64,000 nucleotides of DNA from an uncultured Acidobacteriota bacterium (lineage in GTDB: Bacteria; Acidobacteriota; Thermoanaerobaculia; Multivoradales; UBA5704): NCBI GenBank assembly GCA_963732005.1, contig CAVSXT010000005.1, positions 2,638,631-2,702,630 of the forward strand, given 5' to 3'. The notes beneath the pieces are model-generated. The model worked only from the letters and a program-made list of their open reading frames with translations, did no database searches and was not told the origin of the DNA. This document shows, piece after piece, positions 18,044 through 50,926 of the stretch. Each line of letters starts with the position of its first letter. The stretch's first letter is position 1. The position numbers and the translations under genes were made by a program.

Positions 18044-18883
18044 ATGCGCACGACCCCTGCTCGCTTCACCCTGGTATCGCTGGCGATGGCAACTACACTC
18101 AGCGTGGCGAGCTGCGGACAGGTGCCGGCTAAGTGGGTCGCCGGCGAACGAGCACCATCGGTGCGCAGCGGAGCGCTGTGGAACGAGCCACGGTTCACGA
18201 GGATGCTCCAGGCCTACCGCCAGAAACTCCCAGGCAAGAGCCGGGCGCTGCGATTCGCGATGACAGAGAGCGGCGCGAGCCTCCAGGTGCAGGACTCGGC
18301 CGAGCTCGCGAAGGTCGTTTCCTACAGCTACGACGGGGCGGTGTTGAGCGGGCCGTCACCCGTCGACCTTGCGAGCGTGGCCGAAGACTCCGACCTCGCC
18401 GACGAACTTTTTGACTGGGACCAGGTCGCAGTTGAGCGCATCCCCACCCTGGTCAAGGTGGCGCTCAGCCGGACCAAGCTCGCGGGGGCCAGAGTGGCGC
18501 AGGTCAAGATCACGCGCAAGGCGCCCACCTCTGCCGAGCTCGCCCGGCGAATCGAAGCGAAGATCGATGCGCAGATGGATGCGAGTCGCCGAGCAATGGA
18601 ACAGAAATTCCGTCGACTCGACCCGGAGTTCTGGGCCAGAAACCCGGCGGCTGCCCGCAGGATTTTTGGCGGCGAGCCGAGAGACGGCAAGAGCGACCAA
18701 CGATCCGTGCTCGCGCCGATGGCCGTCGAGATCAGCCTCCGACTGCAGGTTCCGTGGGGCTTCGCCTGGCTCACAGCCGACGCCAGCGGCACGGTCACCG
18801 GCAGCGGCCAGCAAATCACCGGGCCGCCCGTGGATCTCGACAGTATTCCGCGACCGTACTGGCGCCGAGCGGCAGGACTCTGA
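18044..18883 (+). CDS. hypothetical lipoprotein
   Basis: RBS GGGAGGAAG then ATG. Signal peptide with lipobox LSVASC. Confidence 0.55.
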   Translation: MRTTPARFTLVSLAMATTLSVASCGQVPAKWVAGERAPSVRSGALWNEPRFTRMLQAYRQKLPGKSRALRFAMTESGASLQVQDSAELAKVVSYSYDGAVLSGPSPVDLASVAEDSDLADELFDWDQVAVERIPTLVKVALSRTKLAGARVAQVKITRKAPTSAELARRIEAKIDAQMDASRRAMEQKFRRLDPEFWARNPAAARRIFGGEPRDGKSDQRSVLAPMAVEISLRLQVPWGFAWLTADASGTVTGSGQQITGPPVDLDSIPRPYWRRAAGL

Positions 18884-18999
18884 GAAGGTTTTGGCCCGTC
18901 TGTCTCGGTGGCTCATCTCGGTAGCGCTTCATTAACGCGCACGGTTCGGAGCGAAGCGACGCTCGCGTGATCCTTAGTTGAAGGTGTCCACCGTCAGGT

Positions 19000-19062
19000 C
19001 GCGAGGGCATCGTGGCCCGGCGCCAAGGCTACGGGCCCGGCGGCAGCCGGCGCGTCAGGGGT
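19000..19062. repeat. ~60-bp remnant homologous to the 3' end of the primase-helicase gene (8030-8080)
   Basis: gagggcatcgtggcccggcgccaaggctacgggcccggcggcagccggcgc versus gagggcatcgttgcccgccgccagggctacgggacgggcggcagctggcgc. Confidence 0.45.
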
Positions 19063-19158
19063 TCAGGGGGTTCGATCCGTCCTTGACCCGCTGATTCAGG
19101 CGTTGGTAGGATATTGATCGCTGATTTTCCATCGCTGATCCATCGACGAGGGGGTGTT

Positions 19159-19965
19159 ATGCGAGATCGAGTCCGCTCGCTTGGCCCATGGCTTCTCGGG
19201 GCCGTTGCCATCGTGAGCCTGGGCGTCGTCTGTGCCGGTTGTGGGGCCAAGGGTTCGAGCTATGTCGGCAGGTGGGAATGCGCCGCGGGAGGGAAAGGAT
19301 CGTTCGAGGTCAAGGCCAACAACGGTTCGTTCCTGGTAACGATCAACGGCGAGACGACGTACCCGGCGGCGCTGGACGACAAGGGCACGTTGGTGCTCAG
19401 CGGTGTGCCGACGCTGGGCTCGCTGCCCATGCCTATCGACGCGGCCACCGGCGAGCTGATCTGCTCGGCCTGCGAATGTCACCGCCTGAGCAAGAAACAG
19501 GCCGCAGACGCGGGCGTGACGAAGGCGATGGCGACAGCCAGCTCACTGCTGCCATCGAGCAACGCTAACGACGCCCGCGCGCAGAGAGCGACGGTCGCCG
19601 ACATCCGCAACGCCGGCACCGCGATGTTCAGCTGGGTGACCGATCAGGTGGGAGCCGCGGCGGCCGGCCAGCAACCGGTCGATCTCGCGAAGTTCCCGCC
19701 GGTGTCCTCATTCGCGGCGCTCAAGGAGCTGCTGGTCCCCAAGTACATCCAGGAGCTGCCCGAGCGCGACGGGTGGGGCCATCCCTACGAATACCGCCTC
19801 AACGTCAAGAACCCGACCGCCGGCACGTACGTGATGTGCATCCGTAGTCCCGGCCGCGACGGCAGGTTCTCGGGGCTGAGCTACGCGGCCGAGGCGTTCC
19901 CGCGAGACGATTACGACCACGACATCGTGTGGGCGGACGGTTACTTCGTGCAGTGGCCCAAGTGA
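19159..19965 (+). CDS. hypothetical lipoprotein (Cys-containing, secreted)
   Basis: ATG at 19159. Signal peptide with lipobox VVCAGC. Confidence 0.55.
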   Translation: MRDRVRSLGPWLLGAVAIVSLGVVCAGCGAKGSSYVGRWECAAGGKGSFEVKANNGSFLVTINGETTYPAALDDKGTLVLSGVPTLGSLPMPIDAATGELICSACECHRLSKKQAADAGVTKAMATASSLLPSSNANDARAQRATVADIRNAGTAMFSWVTDQVGAAAAGQQPVDLAKFPPVSSFAALKELLVPKYIQELPERDGWGHPYEYRLNVKNPTAGTYVMCIRSPGRDGRFSGLSYAAEAFPRDDYDHDIVWADGYFVQWPK

Positions 19966-20155
19966 GGTCGCGGCACGGTTCGCCCTCACCTATGCTGGCG
20001 CTGGCGGCCTGGTTGGTTGAAGGCCGTCCGTTCTGAGCGGCGGGCTTCAGATCTGCGGCCAAGTCGCACCCGAATCCGCGGAGGATCTGGCGGTGCTCTG
20101 GGTCGACGTCCAGGCGCAGGGCGCCGTCGCGCTCGAGGCCTCCGACCATCGGCCG

Positions 20156-20563
20156 TCAGGGTTTCGTCTGGAACGCGATCAGATAGGGTACTGCCGGCCT
20201 GTTCTCGAGGTCACGGAAGTTGTTGAAGCGCCCCGAATTGACCCAGATCGCATAGCTCTTCCCTGGCTCCAGATGCACCGGCAGCACACAGGTGCGTTTG
20301 TCGGTCAGGAAGCGCGGTTTCCCAGCGAGCTTCGGGAAGGAGGCCGCATCGATCTGGGCCCAGGACCACATCTCATTGGTCATCATGTCCTTGCTGAAGG
20401 TGACGGTGATCTCCTTGAGCGCCGGGTCCACCGCGAGGTCGCCGCTCTGCGGGACCGTCTTGACGGCAATCGGAGGCAGGTCGGCAACGGCAGTGCTGTT
20501 CTGGGCGAGAACGGGCGATCCGAGCAATACGAGCATGGCGAGCGCAGAGCCTAGCGGCTTCAT
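20156..20563 (-). CDS. hypothetical secreted protein (135 aa)
   Basis: Internal ATG 20561-20563 with RBS AGGAGGA. Signal peptide MKPLGSALAMLVLLGSPVLAQ. The IS1634 left end lies ~44 bp upstream. Confidence 0.5.
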   Translation of the reverse strand: MKPLGSALAMLVLLGSPVLAQNSTAVADLPPIAVKTVPQSGDLAVDPALKEITVTFSKDMMTNEMWSWAQIDAASFPKLAGKPRFLTDKRTCVLPVHLEPGKSYAIWVNSGRFNNFRDLENRPAVPYLIAFQTKP

Positions 20564-20606
20564 CGTCTCCTCCTGTAGGACTGTCGCCGACGGTTTCACC
20601 GACGAG

Positions 20607-22533
20607 TCTAGCCCATCTTTGACAGTATGCCGCCCGATTACCGCCATCTTCGCGTCGTAAGTCATTGAAAAATCGAGGAGGGAGTGCTCGGCGCCATCTC
20701 AATCCTGGTGCCAAGAATGTGTCATAATGACGCCTTGCATAGAGCGCTCACTCGGATATAATCATGGTGACAAGGAGAGGTCACCATGTTCTTCCGCCAG
20801 AAAAAAGCCGGGGGCCACGTGTACCTCCAGATCGTTGAAAACCGCTGGGAAGACGGCCAAGCCCGCCAGCGGGTCCTGGCGACTCTCGGCCGCCTCGATC
20901 AGCTCACCTCCTCCGGGGAGTTGGCGGCGCTGCTCGCATCGGGCGCTCGCTTTACCGATTCTTTCACTGTCTTGACCGAACATCGCCGCGGCGACTTGGC
21001 GGCGGTGAGCACCCGGCGTATCGGCGCGCCTCTGATCTTTGAGCGCTTATGGCAGGAGACCAGTTGCGCCCAGGTGCTGAGTGCGGAATTGGCCGAGCGT
21101 CAGTTCGAGTTCCCGGTGGAACGGGCGATCTTCCTTGAAGTGCTCCACCGCTTGGTAGCACCCGGCTCAGACCGTGCAGCCTACGCCTGGCGAGAAGCTT
21201 ATGGCATCGCCGGTGCCGAAGCCCTCGACCTCCATCACGCCTACCGCGCCATGGCGTGGTTGGGCGAGCCGACCGGCGAGACAGGCGGGCGGACGATCAA
21301 GGATCGCATCGAAGAGCAACTCTTTACCCGTCGGCGGGACTTGTTTTCTTCGCTGCAATTGGTCTTCTTCGACACCACCTCTCTCTATTTCGAGGGCGCC
21401 GGGGGTGACAGCTTGGGCCAGTATGGTCATAGCAAGGACCACCGACCGGATCTGCGACAGATGGTAGTCGGTGTGGTGTTGGATCAAGAGGGCTGGCCGA
21501 TCTGCTGTGAGCTGTGGCCAGGCAACACTACCGATGTCGGAACGCTGGTGCCCGTCATCGAGAGGCTGAGTCAACGCTTCGGCATCCAGCGGGTCTGTAT
21601 CGTCGCCGACCGCGGCATGATCGCGGCGGCAACGCTTCAGGCCCTGGACCAAAAGGGCTGGCCTTACATTGTCGGCGCGCGGCTGCGCAGCAGCCGGGAG
21701 GTGCGCCACGAGGTGCTGGGCCGCCAGGGCCGGTTCGCGAAAGTCTTCGGCCCGCGCCAGATTGCCAAGGACCCGTCGCCGCTGTCGGTCAAGGAGGTCT
21801 GGGTCGATGATCGCCGCTACATCGTGTGCTTCAATGAAGAACAAGCGCGCAAAGACGCTGCCGACCGGCAAGCAATTCTTGCGGCGCTTGCCGATCGGCT
21901 GCCGCAAGGCGCCAAGTCGCTGATCGGCAACCAGGGTTTCCGCCGCTATGTCACGACACAAGGCGATGGCTTTCGGATTGATCCGGCGCGAGTGGCAGCC
22001 GAGGAGCGCTACGACGGCAAGTGGGTGTTGAGGACCAACACCGACTATCAGGCCGCCGAGGTCGCCTTAGCGTACAAGCAGCTCTGGATGGTGGAGGATC
22101 TGTTCCGGTCGATGAAATCGCTGCTTGCCACGCGGCCGATTTATCACCGCCGCGACGCCACGATCCGCGGTCATGTGTTCTGCTCATTCCTGGCGCTGCT
22201 TCTGCGAACAGAACTGGAGAATCGACTCGCAGCCAAGGGTCATGTGGCAGTGGAGTGGGGCCAGGTACTGCGCGATCTCGACCGACTGGAGGAGGTAGAA
22301 CTCGAGAAGGATGGTAAGCGGCTGATGCTGCGCACCGACGCGGTGGGAGTGGCGGGCAGGGTCTTCCAGGCTGTGGGAGTGGCGCTCCCGCCGACCCTAC
22401 GCCAAGTGGCCTGATCGCGCACAGCCCAGATCCTCTCGGAACCGGAACTCCTGGTGCCAAGGTCTCTCACCGAGCTCTCAACCCATTTATTTGCAGAGAC
22501 TTGACATTGGGCACTGTCAAAGATGGGTCTAGC
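20607..22533 (+). mobile_element. IS1634-family insertion sequence (~1.93 kb) with imperfect ~25-bp terminal inverted repeats
   Basis: Left end tctagcccatctttgacagtatgcc (20607-20631). Right end ggcactgtcaaagatgggtctagc (22509-22533). These are reverse complements with 2-3 mismatches. A single transposase ORF lies between them. Confidence 0.8.
20786..22414 (+). CDS. IS1634-family (IS4-like DDE) transposase
   Basis: MFFRQKKAGGHVYLQIVENRWEDGQARQRVLATLGRLD N-terminus is characteristic of IS1634. 542 aa, intact. Confidence 0.85.
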   Translation: MFFRQKKAGGHVYLQIVENRWEDGQARQRVLATLGRLDQLTSSGELAALLASGARFTDSFTVLTEHRRGDLAAVSTRRIGAPLIFERLWQETSCAQVLSAELAERQFEFPVERAIFLEVLHRLVAPGSDRAAYAWREAYGIAGAEALDLHHAYRAMAWLGEPTGETGGRTIKDRIEEQLFTRRRDLFSSLQLVFFDTTSLYFEGAGGDSLGQYGHSKDHRPDLRQMVVGVVLDQEGWPICCELWPGNTTDVGTLVPVIERLSQRFGIQRVCIVADRGMIAAATLQALDQKGWPYIVGARLRSSREVRHEVLGRQGRFAKVFGPRQIAKDPSPLSVKEVWVDDRRYIVCFNEEQARKDAADRQAILAALADRLPQGAKSLIGNQGFRRYVTTQGDGFRIDPARVAAEERYDGKWVLRTNTDYQAAEVALAYKQLWMVEDLFRSMKSLLATRPIYHRRDATIRGHVFCSFLALLLRTELENRLAAKGHVAVEWGQVLRDLDRLEEVELEKDGKRLMLRTDAVGVAGRVFQAVGVALPPTLRQVA

Positions 22534-22653
22534 AGCCCGCGGCGCTAACGCTGAATTCGGTTGAGCCGAGGGTGGAGTCCCGGCCGGCCCTGCCGCTGGT
22601 CTCTGGCGGGGCGTGACCGCTGATACGATGGAGCGGCACAAGGAGGCGGAAGA

Positions 22654-23616
22654 ATGAAGGCTGCGGTTCTGCATGAGCTTGGGACGGTGCCGCGATGCGA
22701 GGATTTTGCTGAACCGACGGCGGGCCAGGATGAAGCGGTGGTGCGCGTCCGCGCCGCGTCACTCAAAGCCATCGACAAGCAACTGGCCAGTGGCTCGCAC
22801 TATGCCAGCCCCCGTGAATTGCCGGTGGTGTGCGGAACCGACGGAGTTGGGGATCTCGAGGATGGCACGCGGGTATTCTTTGGTGGAGCGAGGCGGCCTT
22901 ACGGCGCGATGGCGGAGCGCACCGTGGTGCCACGCGCGTATTGCTTCCCGGTGCCCCCCGGCCTCGATGACGACAGGGCGGCGGCGCTGCCGAATCCGGG
23001 CATTTCTGCTTGGCTATCGCTGACGCAACGCGCGCGGCTGGCGCCGGGCGAGACTGTCCTCATCCTGGGCGCGACGGGCGTCGTCGGACAGCTGGCCGTC
23101 CAGATCGCGAAGCTGCTCGGGGCGAGGCGCGTGATCGGCGCGGGACGCAATGAGCGAGTGCTCGGCATGCTGAGCGAGCTGGGTGCGGACGCGACGATCC
23201 AGGTCGATCAGCTTCCGGACTCTCTCAAGGACGCATTCGCGCGCGCGGCGGGAGACGAAGGGTTCGACGTCATCATCGACTACTTGTGGGGGCGGCCTAC
23301 GGAGGCGCTGCTCGAGGCGATCACCAAATCGGAATTTGCGGCAGTGACGAAGGAGACGCGTCTCGTGCAAGCGGGCGAGAGCGCCGGGCCGACGATCTCG
23401 TTGCCGGCTGCGGTCCTGCGCAGCACGGCGTTGACGATCCTTGGTACCGCGGGGATACCGTCACCCAAGGTCTTGGGAGAGGCCATGCAACAGGTCATGG
23501 CGCGGGCGGCCCGCGGGGAGCTCCGCATCGAGACCGAGCGAGCTCCGCTGACAGAGATCGCAGGGGCGTGGCAACGTCAGGGACAATCGGGGCGCAGAAT
23601 CGTGGTGACCCCCTGA
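22654..23616 (+). CDS. zinc-type alcohol dehydrogenase / quinone oxidoreductase family (MDR) protein
   Basis: RBS AAGGAGG. Rossmann motif LILGATGVVGQLAVQIAKLLGA. 320 aa. Confidence 0.75.
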   Translation: MKAAVLHELGTVPRCEDFAEPTAGQDEAVVRVRAASLKAIDKQLASGSHYASPRELPVVCGTDGVGDLEDGTRVFFGGARRPYGAMAERTVVPRAYCFPVPPGLDDDRAAALPNPGISAWLSLTQRARLAPGETVLILGATGVVGQLAVQIAKLLGARRVIGAGRNERVLGMLSELGADATIQVDQLPDSLKDAFARAAGDEGFDVIIDYLWGRPTEALLEAITKSEFAAVTKETRLVQAGESAGPTISLPAAVLRSTALTILGTAGIPSPKVLGEAMQQVMARAARGELRIETERAPLTEIAGAWQRQGQSGRRIVVTP

Positions 23617-23832
23617 GCCAGCAGAGAAGGGAGAGCCAGCGCGCAACGGCCGCGGGTTCAGAATCATGGACCGCTCTTTTCAAATGGCTGGATCTGGCCG
23701 CCTTGGCGGTGGGCGCAATTGGCTGCCAGCCCTTTGTTTTCAAGGCCTGAGCTCGACGACCGCCGAATGGCACCCGGCTTGCTTTAGGAGGCATCAGCCC
23801 GGAGTCACGAGTGGGGTACAAGGAGACGGACG

Positions 23833-24588
23833 ATGTACAAGACGATGCCTCCGCTGATCCTGATGCTATCCCTGGCCGTGATCAGCCCGCTCCGTGCAGA
23901 CGCGGGCAAGGATCATCCCTATCCGAACATGGCTCCCCTCGAACGGTACTTGCCGGCAAGCCAGGCCGCCGAGATCGCCCTGGCGCGTAGCGCAGGGCCT
24001 GCCGCGGTCTCGGACAAGGCCGAGATCCTGGTGCTCGGTGCCCACGGCTATGAGAAGGCCGTGCAGGGAAGCAATGGCTTCGTGTGTTTCGTGGAGAGAT
24101 CGTGGGCGAACGACTTCGACGCCCCCGAATTCTGGAACCCCAAGATCCACACGCCACAATGCTGGAACGCGGCCGCGGCGAGCTCGGTGCTCCCGGACTA
24201 TCTCAAGCGCACCCAATGGGTGCTCGCCGGAGTCTCCAAGGAGGAGATGCTGGCCCGGACGAAGGCGGCCTTGGCAGCCCATGAGATCGGTTCACCCGCT
24301 CCGGGGTCCATGGCTTACATGTTGTCGAAGGACCAGTACATAAAGGATCCCCAGCCGGGCGTGGAGCCGCGTTGGTATCCCCATGTCATGTTCTTCGTGC
24401 CCGCCACCGAGGACTCGACGTGGGGCGCCAACGTTCATGGCGCGCCGATCTTCTCGGCCACCAGCGGTGCGGAACCGATCACGACCTTCTTCGTGCTGGC
24501 GCCCAAATGGTCCGATGGGAGCCTCGGTCCCTATGTCCCGGCCCCGGCCGCGACCACGGCGAAACCCGAAGCCCACAGCCACCGCTGA
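23833..24588 (+). CDS. hypothetical secreted protein (251 aa)
   Basis: RBS AAGGAGA. Signal peptide MYKTMPPLILMLSLAVISPLRA. Confidence 0.5.
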   Translation: MYKTMPPLILMLSLAVISPLRADAGKDHPYPNMAPLERYLPASQAAEIALARSAGPAAVSDKAEILVLGAHGYEKAVQGSNGFVCFVERSWANDFDAPEFWNPKIHTPQCWNAAAASSVLPDYLKRTQWVLAGVSKEEMLARTKAALAAHEIGSPAPGSMAYMLSKDQYIKDPQPGVEPRWYPHVMFFVPATEDSTWGANVHGAPIFSATSGAEPITTFFVLAPKWSDGSLGPYVPAPAATTAKPEAHSHR

Positions 24589-24656
24589 CAGAACCCTCGC
24601 GGCGTACGGCCACGAGGGGCGAGCACGACCGATGGCGATGGCCTCAGGCGATGGCC

Positions 24657-47720
<23,064 letters not shown>

Positions 47721-48015
47721 GGAGTTGGAACCTGGCGACTACCTAAATGCAAGTGTTAATTTATCAACACGAATGGATCAGAACGCGGCGCTGCTTTGGC
47801 GACAATCGTCATCCCTAGCCAGCGAAGCGTCCCTGCTTGCGATGCGCCGGACATGCGGCAATCGTTGGGCGGCAGGCGTCGGGGGATTTGCAAGGTTCCC
47901 GCTCGGTAACGTTGCACCTCTCGCTTTCCAGGGTTGCGACGTGGGGCGCCGGGAGCGTACACTTCGGCCTGCCAAGCATCGTCCTGCGCGAGCGGCTCCT
48001 CCGAGGGACCCACCG

Positions 48016-48825
48016 ATGACAACCTCTTTCACCGACGACACCACGCACCTCGCCGAGACCTACGACCGCATCAGCGACTTTCAGTTCGAAAACGGCAAGC
48101 GCCTCGTCGAGCGCCTGAACCTCGAGGCGGGCGACCGCGTCCTCGACGTGGGCTGCGGCACCGGACGACTCGCTCGCTGGATCGCCGAGCGCGTCAGCCC
48201 CACGGGCAGCGTCGTCGGCATCGACCCGGTCGCCGAGCGCATCGCCATCGCGAACGCCGGTGCCGGCGGCATCACCTTCGCGGTGGGTCAGGCCGAGGAC
48301 CTGGGCGCGTTCGCCGCCGAGAGCTTCGACGCGGTGAGCATGTCGGCGGTCTTTCACTGGGTGGCCGACAAACCGCGGGCGCTCGCCGAGATCCGCCGCG
48401 TCCTGCGCCCCGGCGGCCGCCTCGGGGTGACCACGTTTCCGGGCGAGCTGAGCGGCGCGGGTACCGTGCCCGCGGTCCTGGCCCCCGTGCTCGCACGTTC
48501 GCCCTACGCGGAGCGGGTGGACCGGTCGGGCCCCGGCGCGCTGAGCCGGGACTACACCACCACGCGATTGATCTCGATGGTGATGGAGAGTGGCCTCCAG
48601 CTCGCCGAGCTGCAGGTCGCGGCGCGCTCCCGGCATTACGCCACGGGAGCGGACGTGGTCGCGTTCATCGAGTCGAGCGCGTTCGGCAACCTCACCAAAG
48701 CCGTCCCTGAGGAGCTGCGCGAGGCGCTGCGCCTCGACCTGGCCGCCGCGTTCGAAGCGCGCAAGGGTCCCGAGGGCATCGCGCTTCGGGACTGGGGAAC
48801 GCTCTTCGTGGCGAAGCGGCCCTGA
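48016..48825 (+). CDS. class I SAM-dependent methyltransferase (269 aa)
   Basis: Motif I VLDVGCGTGRLARWIAE and motif II FDAVSMSAVFHW. ATG at 48016. Transcribed divergently from the NRPS. Confidence 0.8.
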   Translation: MTTSFTDDTTHLAETYDRISDFQFENGKRLVERLNLEAGDRVLDVGCGTGRLARWIAERVSPTGSVVGIDPVAERIAIANAGAGGITFAVGQAEDLGAFAAESFDAVSMSAVFHWVADKPRALAEIRRVLRPGGRLGVTTFPGELSGAGTVPAVLAPVLARSPYAERVDRSGPGALSRDYTTTRLISMVMESGLQLAELQVAARSRHYATGADVVAFIESSAFGNLTKAVPEELREALRLDLAAAFEARKGPEGIALRDWGTLFVAKRP

Positions 48826-48853
48826 GGGATTTCGCGGTACTTACCTGCCGGCT

Positions 48854-49015
48854 TCACCCTCGGCGCGGAATCGGCGGCGCGCACTCCGGGCAGGTGTAAA
48901 AAGCCGGAATCGAGTAGTGCCCACCCGGCGCATCTGCCAACTGGCCGTGCTGCAGCGCGGCCAGCGTCTCGGCGCGCAGCGAGAGCTTCTTCACCTGCGA
49001 GGCATTCTTCTTCAT
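48854..49015 (-). CDS. small Cys-containing peptide P3 with a double-Gly leader-like N-terminus (MKKNASQVKKLSLRAETLAALQHGQLADAPGG / HYSIPAFYTCPECAPPIPRRG)
   Basis: RBS AGGAGA ahead of ATG 49013-49015. Leader resembles P1 and P2. Confidence 0.45.
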   Translation of the reverse strand: MKKNASQVKKLSLRAETLAALQHGQLADAPGGHYSIPAFYTCPECAPPIPRRG

Positions 49016-49194
49016 GGTCCTGTCTCCTATGGTTGTCCGCCCCTGCAAGAGAGAGTGTGACCTGAAGCCGAAATGAGGCCACCTTGCGCGTACAGGTGCT
49101 GCGGGGAAGGACGGTGCCTGTCCGACTGGACAGCCGGCGCTTGCGGTGGCGTAGCGAAAGGTTTTTTGGGATACGTGCCTTGAACGAGGTCCTC

Positions 49195-49564
49195 ATGACA
49201 CGGACGCGAGTGCCGCCGGTGCTGGTCACCGGAGCGACCGGCCGGGTTGGGCGCGTCGTGGTCGATCTGCTGATCGACGCGGGCGTGCCGGTCCGCGCCC
49301 TCACGCATCGCTCCGCGGCGGCGGCGACGCTGGCGGATCCAATTCGAGGAGCTGTCGCCGGACGAGTTTCGCGGCGAGACGGCGGGAAGCTGGCCGCGCC
49401 CGGCCGTGGACATGCTGCTCGCCGCGTGGGGCGCAACGATTGGCAGGCCGGCGTTCATCACCTCGACGGTGTTCGACCTCCTCGGATCGGCGCCACGATC
49501 GTTTCGCCAGTGGGCCGCCGATCACGCCACCGCGTTCAGGGAAGGTCCAACCCCATCGAGTTGA
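49195..49564 (+). pseudogene. NmrA-like NAD(P)-binding protein with an internal deletion and frameshift
   Basis: N-terminus MTRTRVPPVLVTGATGRVGRVVVDLLIDAGVPVRALT. After ~45 aa the reading jumps (other frame) to the typical NmrA C-terminus ...PRSFRQWAADHATAFREGP*. Confidence 0.5.
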
Positions 49565-49690
49565 CCTTCGCCTGCGCTCGGTCACGAAATCAGTGTAGCG
49601 CAGACCACGCTTCAAGGCTCCAGCGGTGGAGCGGTCAGGAGGCGACCGCGGCGCGGCGGACGCAACCGCGGTTGCGGCGGCGCCTGGGGA

Positions 49691-50926
49691 TCAGCGACGG
49701 GAGGCGGCCACCGATTCGAGCTTGGTGAGGCGCTCGGCGAGCGCGACGATCGTGCTGTTCTGGCTGGCGATCGTGCTCGCCAGGCCGTCGATCGTGCCCT
49801 GCAAGGCGCCGATCTCGGTCGCCTGCCGCGCGATCGTGGCGTGCTGCTGCTGCACCTCGCCGAGGAGCATGGCGTTGACGAAGTGGTAGCGGACGGTGAG
49901 CGGCTTGCCGTCGTCGCCGTATTCGACCAGGCCGGGATCGACGGCGGCGACCTCCTCGGCGATCAAGCCGTACTGCAGGATGCGCTGGCCGTCGTCATAT
50001 TGCGGCTGGTAGTGGAAGGTGACGGGGCGAAGCCGCATCAGCTTGTCGCCGGCGGCGCCGAGATCCGCGACGTCCTCCTTGAAGCGCAGCGATGAGGTCG
50101 CGGTTCCGAGCTTGCCGGAGCTGCTCACGTAGACCGGGATGCCGGAGGAGGCGGTGGCCCCATAGATGCCGGCGACGTAGGCCTGGGTCTGGGCGCCGGA
50201 CGAGCCGATCCGCGTGACGCCGACGTCGCCGGCCACGCCGGTGTTGGACAACGTGATGTTGTTGCTTTCGCTGGCCGTGTAGGAGGCACCGGCCAGCAGG
50301 CCCACCGCCACGTTGGAAGAGCCGCTCACCACGTGCATCAGGGCGCCGGGGCCCACGGCGGTGTTGTACTGGCCGGTGGCGTTGGCGTAGAGGCCGTACA
50401 TCCCCAGGGCGACGTTGTAGGTCCCGGTGGTGTTGCTGAGCAGGGCCTGGTAGCCGGTCGCGGTGTTGTAACCGCCGGTGGTGTTGCCGAAGAGGGCCTG
50501 AAAACCGGTCCCGGTGTTGTAGGGGCCGGACGTGTTGTGGTACAGCGACTCATAGCCCAGAGCCGTGTTGCCGTCGGCGGTGCTGAAGAGCAGCGCGGTG
50601 GAACCAACGGCGACGTTGTTGCTCCCGGTGGTGTTGAGCTCGAGCGCCTCCGTGCCCATGGCCACGTTCTCGTTGCCCGTGGTGTTCTGGTCCATGGCGG
50701 AATCGCCGAACCCGGAGTTGGCGCCACCCGAGACGTTCAAGGCGAGGACGTTATACCCGAAGGCGACGTTGCTCAGCCCGTAACCGCCGTTGGCGAAGAC
50801 GGGGTCGCTGGCGCAGGTGTTCGGTGGGATGTTGGCGCAGTAGCCGCCGGCGTGAAGCGGCATGCTCCTCGCCAGCATGCCCGCGGCGAGGAAGAGACAA
50901 GAGACTCCTGCAGCGCACCTCTTCAT
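49691..50926 (-). CDS. secreted repeat protein with C-terminal Peptidase_S74 (intramolecular chaperone of endosialidase/tail-fibre) domain
   Basis: Signal peptide MKRCAAGVSCLFLAAGMLA. Degenerate NT(x)G...YxAL head-like repeats. C-terminal SSLRFKEDVADLG...VTFHYQ...YGLIAEEVAAVDPGLVEY matches the S74 chaperone domain. Confidence 0.7.
   Translation of the reverse strand: MKRCAAGVSCLFLAAGMLARSMPLHAGGYCANIPPNTCASDPVFANGGYGLSNVAFGYNVLALNVSGGANSGFGDSAMDQNTTGNENVAMGTEALELNTTGSNNVAVGSTALLFSTADGNTALGYESLYHNTSGPYNTGTGFQALFGNTTGGYNTATGYQALLSNTTGTYNVALGMYGLYANATGQYNTAVGPGALMHVVSGSSNVAVGLLAGASYTASESNNITLSNTGVAGDVGVTRIGSSGAQTQAYVAGIYGATASSGIPVYVSSSGKLGTATSSLRFKEDVADLGAAGDKLMRLRPVTFHYQPQYDDGQRILQYGLIAEEVAAVDPGLVEYGDDGKPLTVRYHFVNAMLLGEVQQQHATIARQATEIGALQGTIDGLASTIASQNSTIVALAERLTKLESVAASRR

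Noticed and set aside
49084-49728. 214-aa ORF as an intact gene
   Set aside because: The N-terminal 37 aa and the middle are compositionally unnatural. It is interpreted as an NmrA-like pseudogene starting at 49195.
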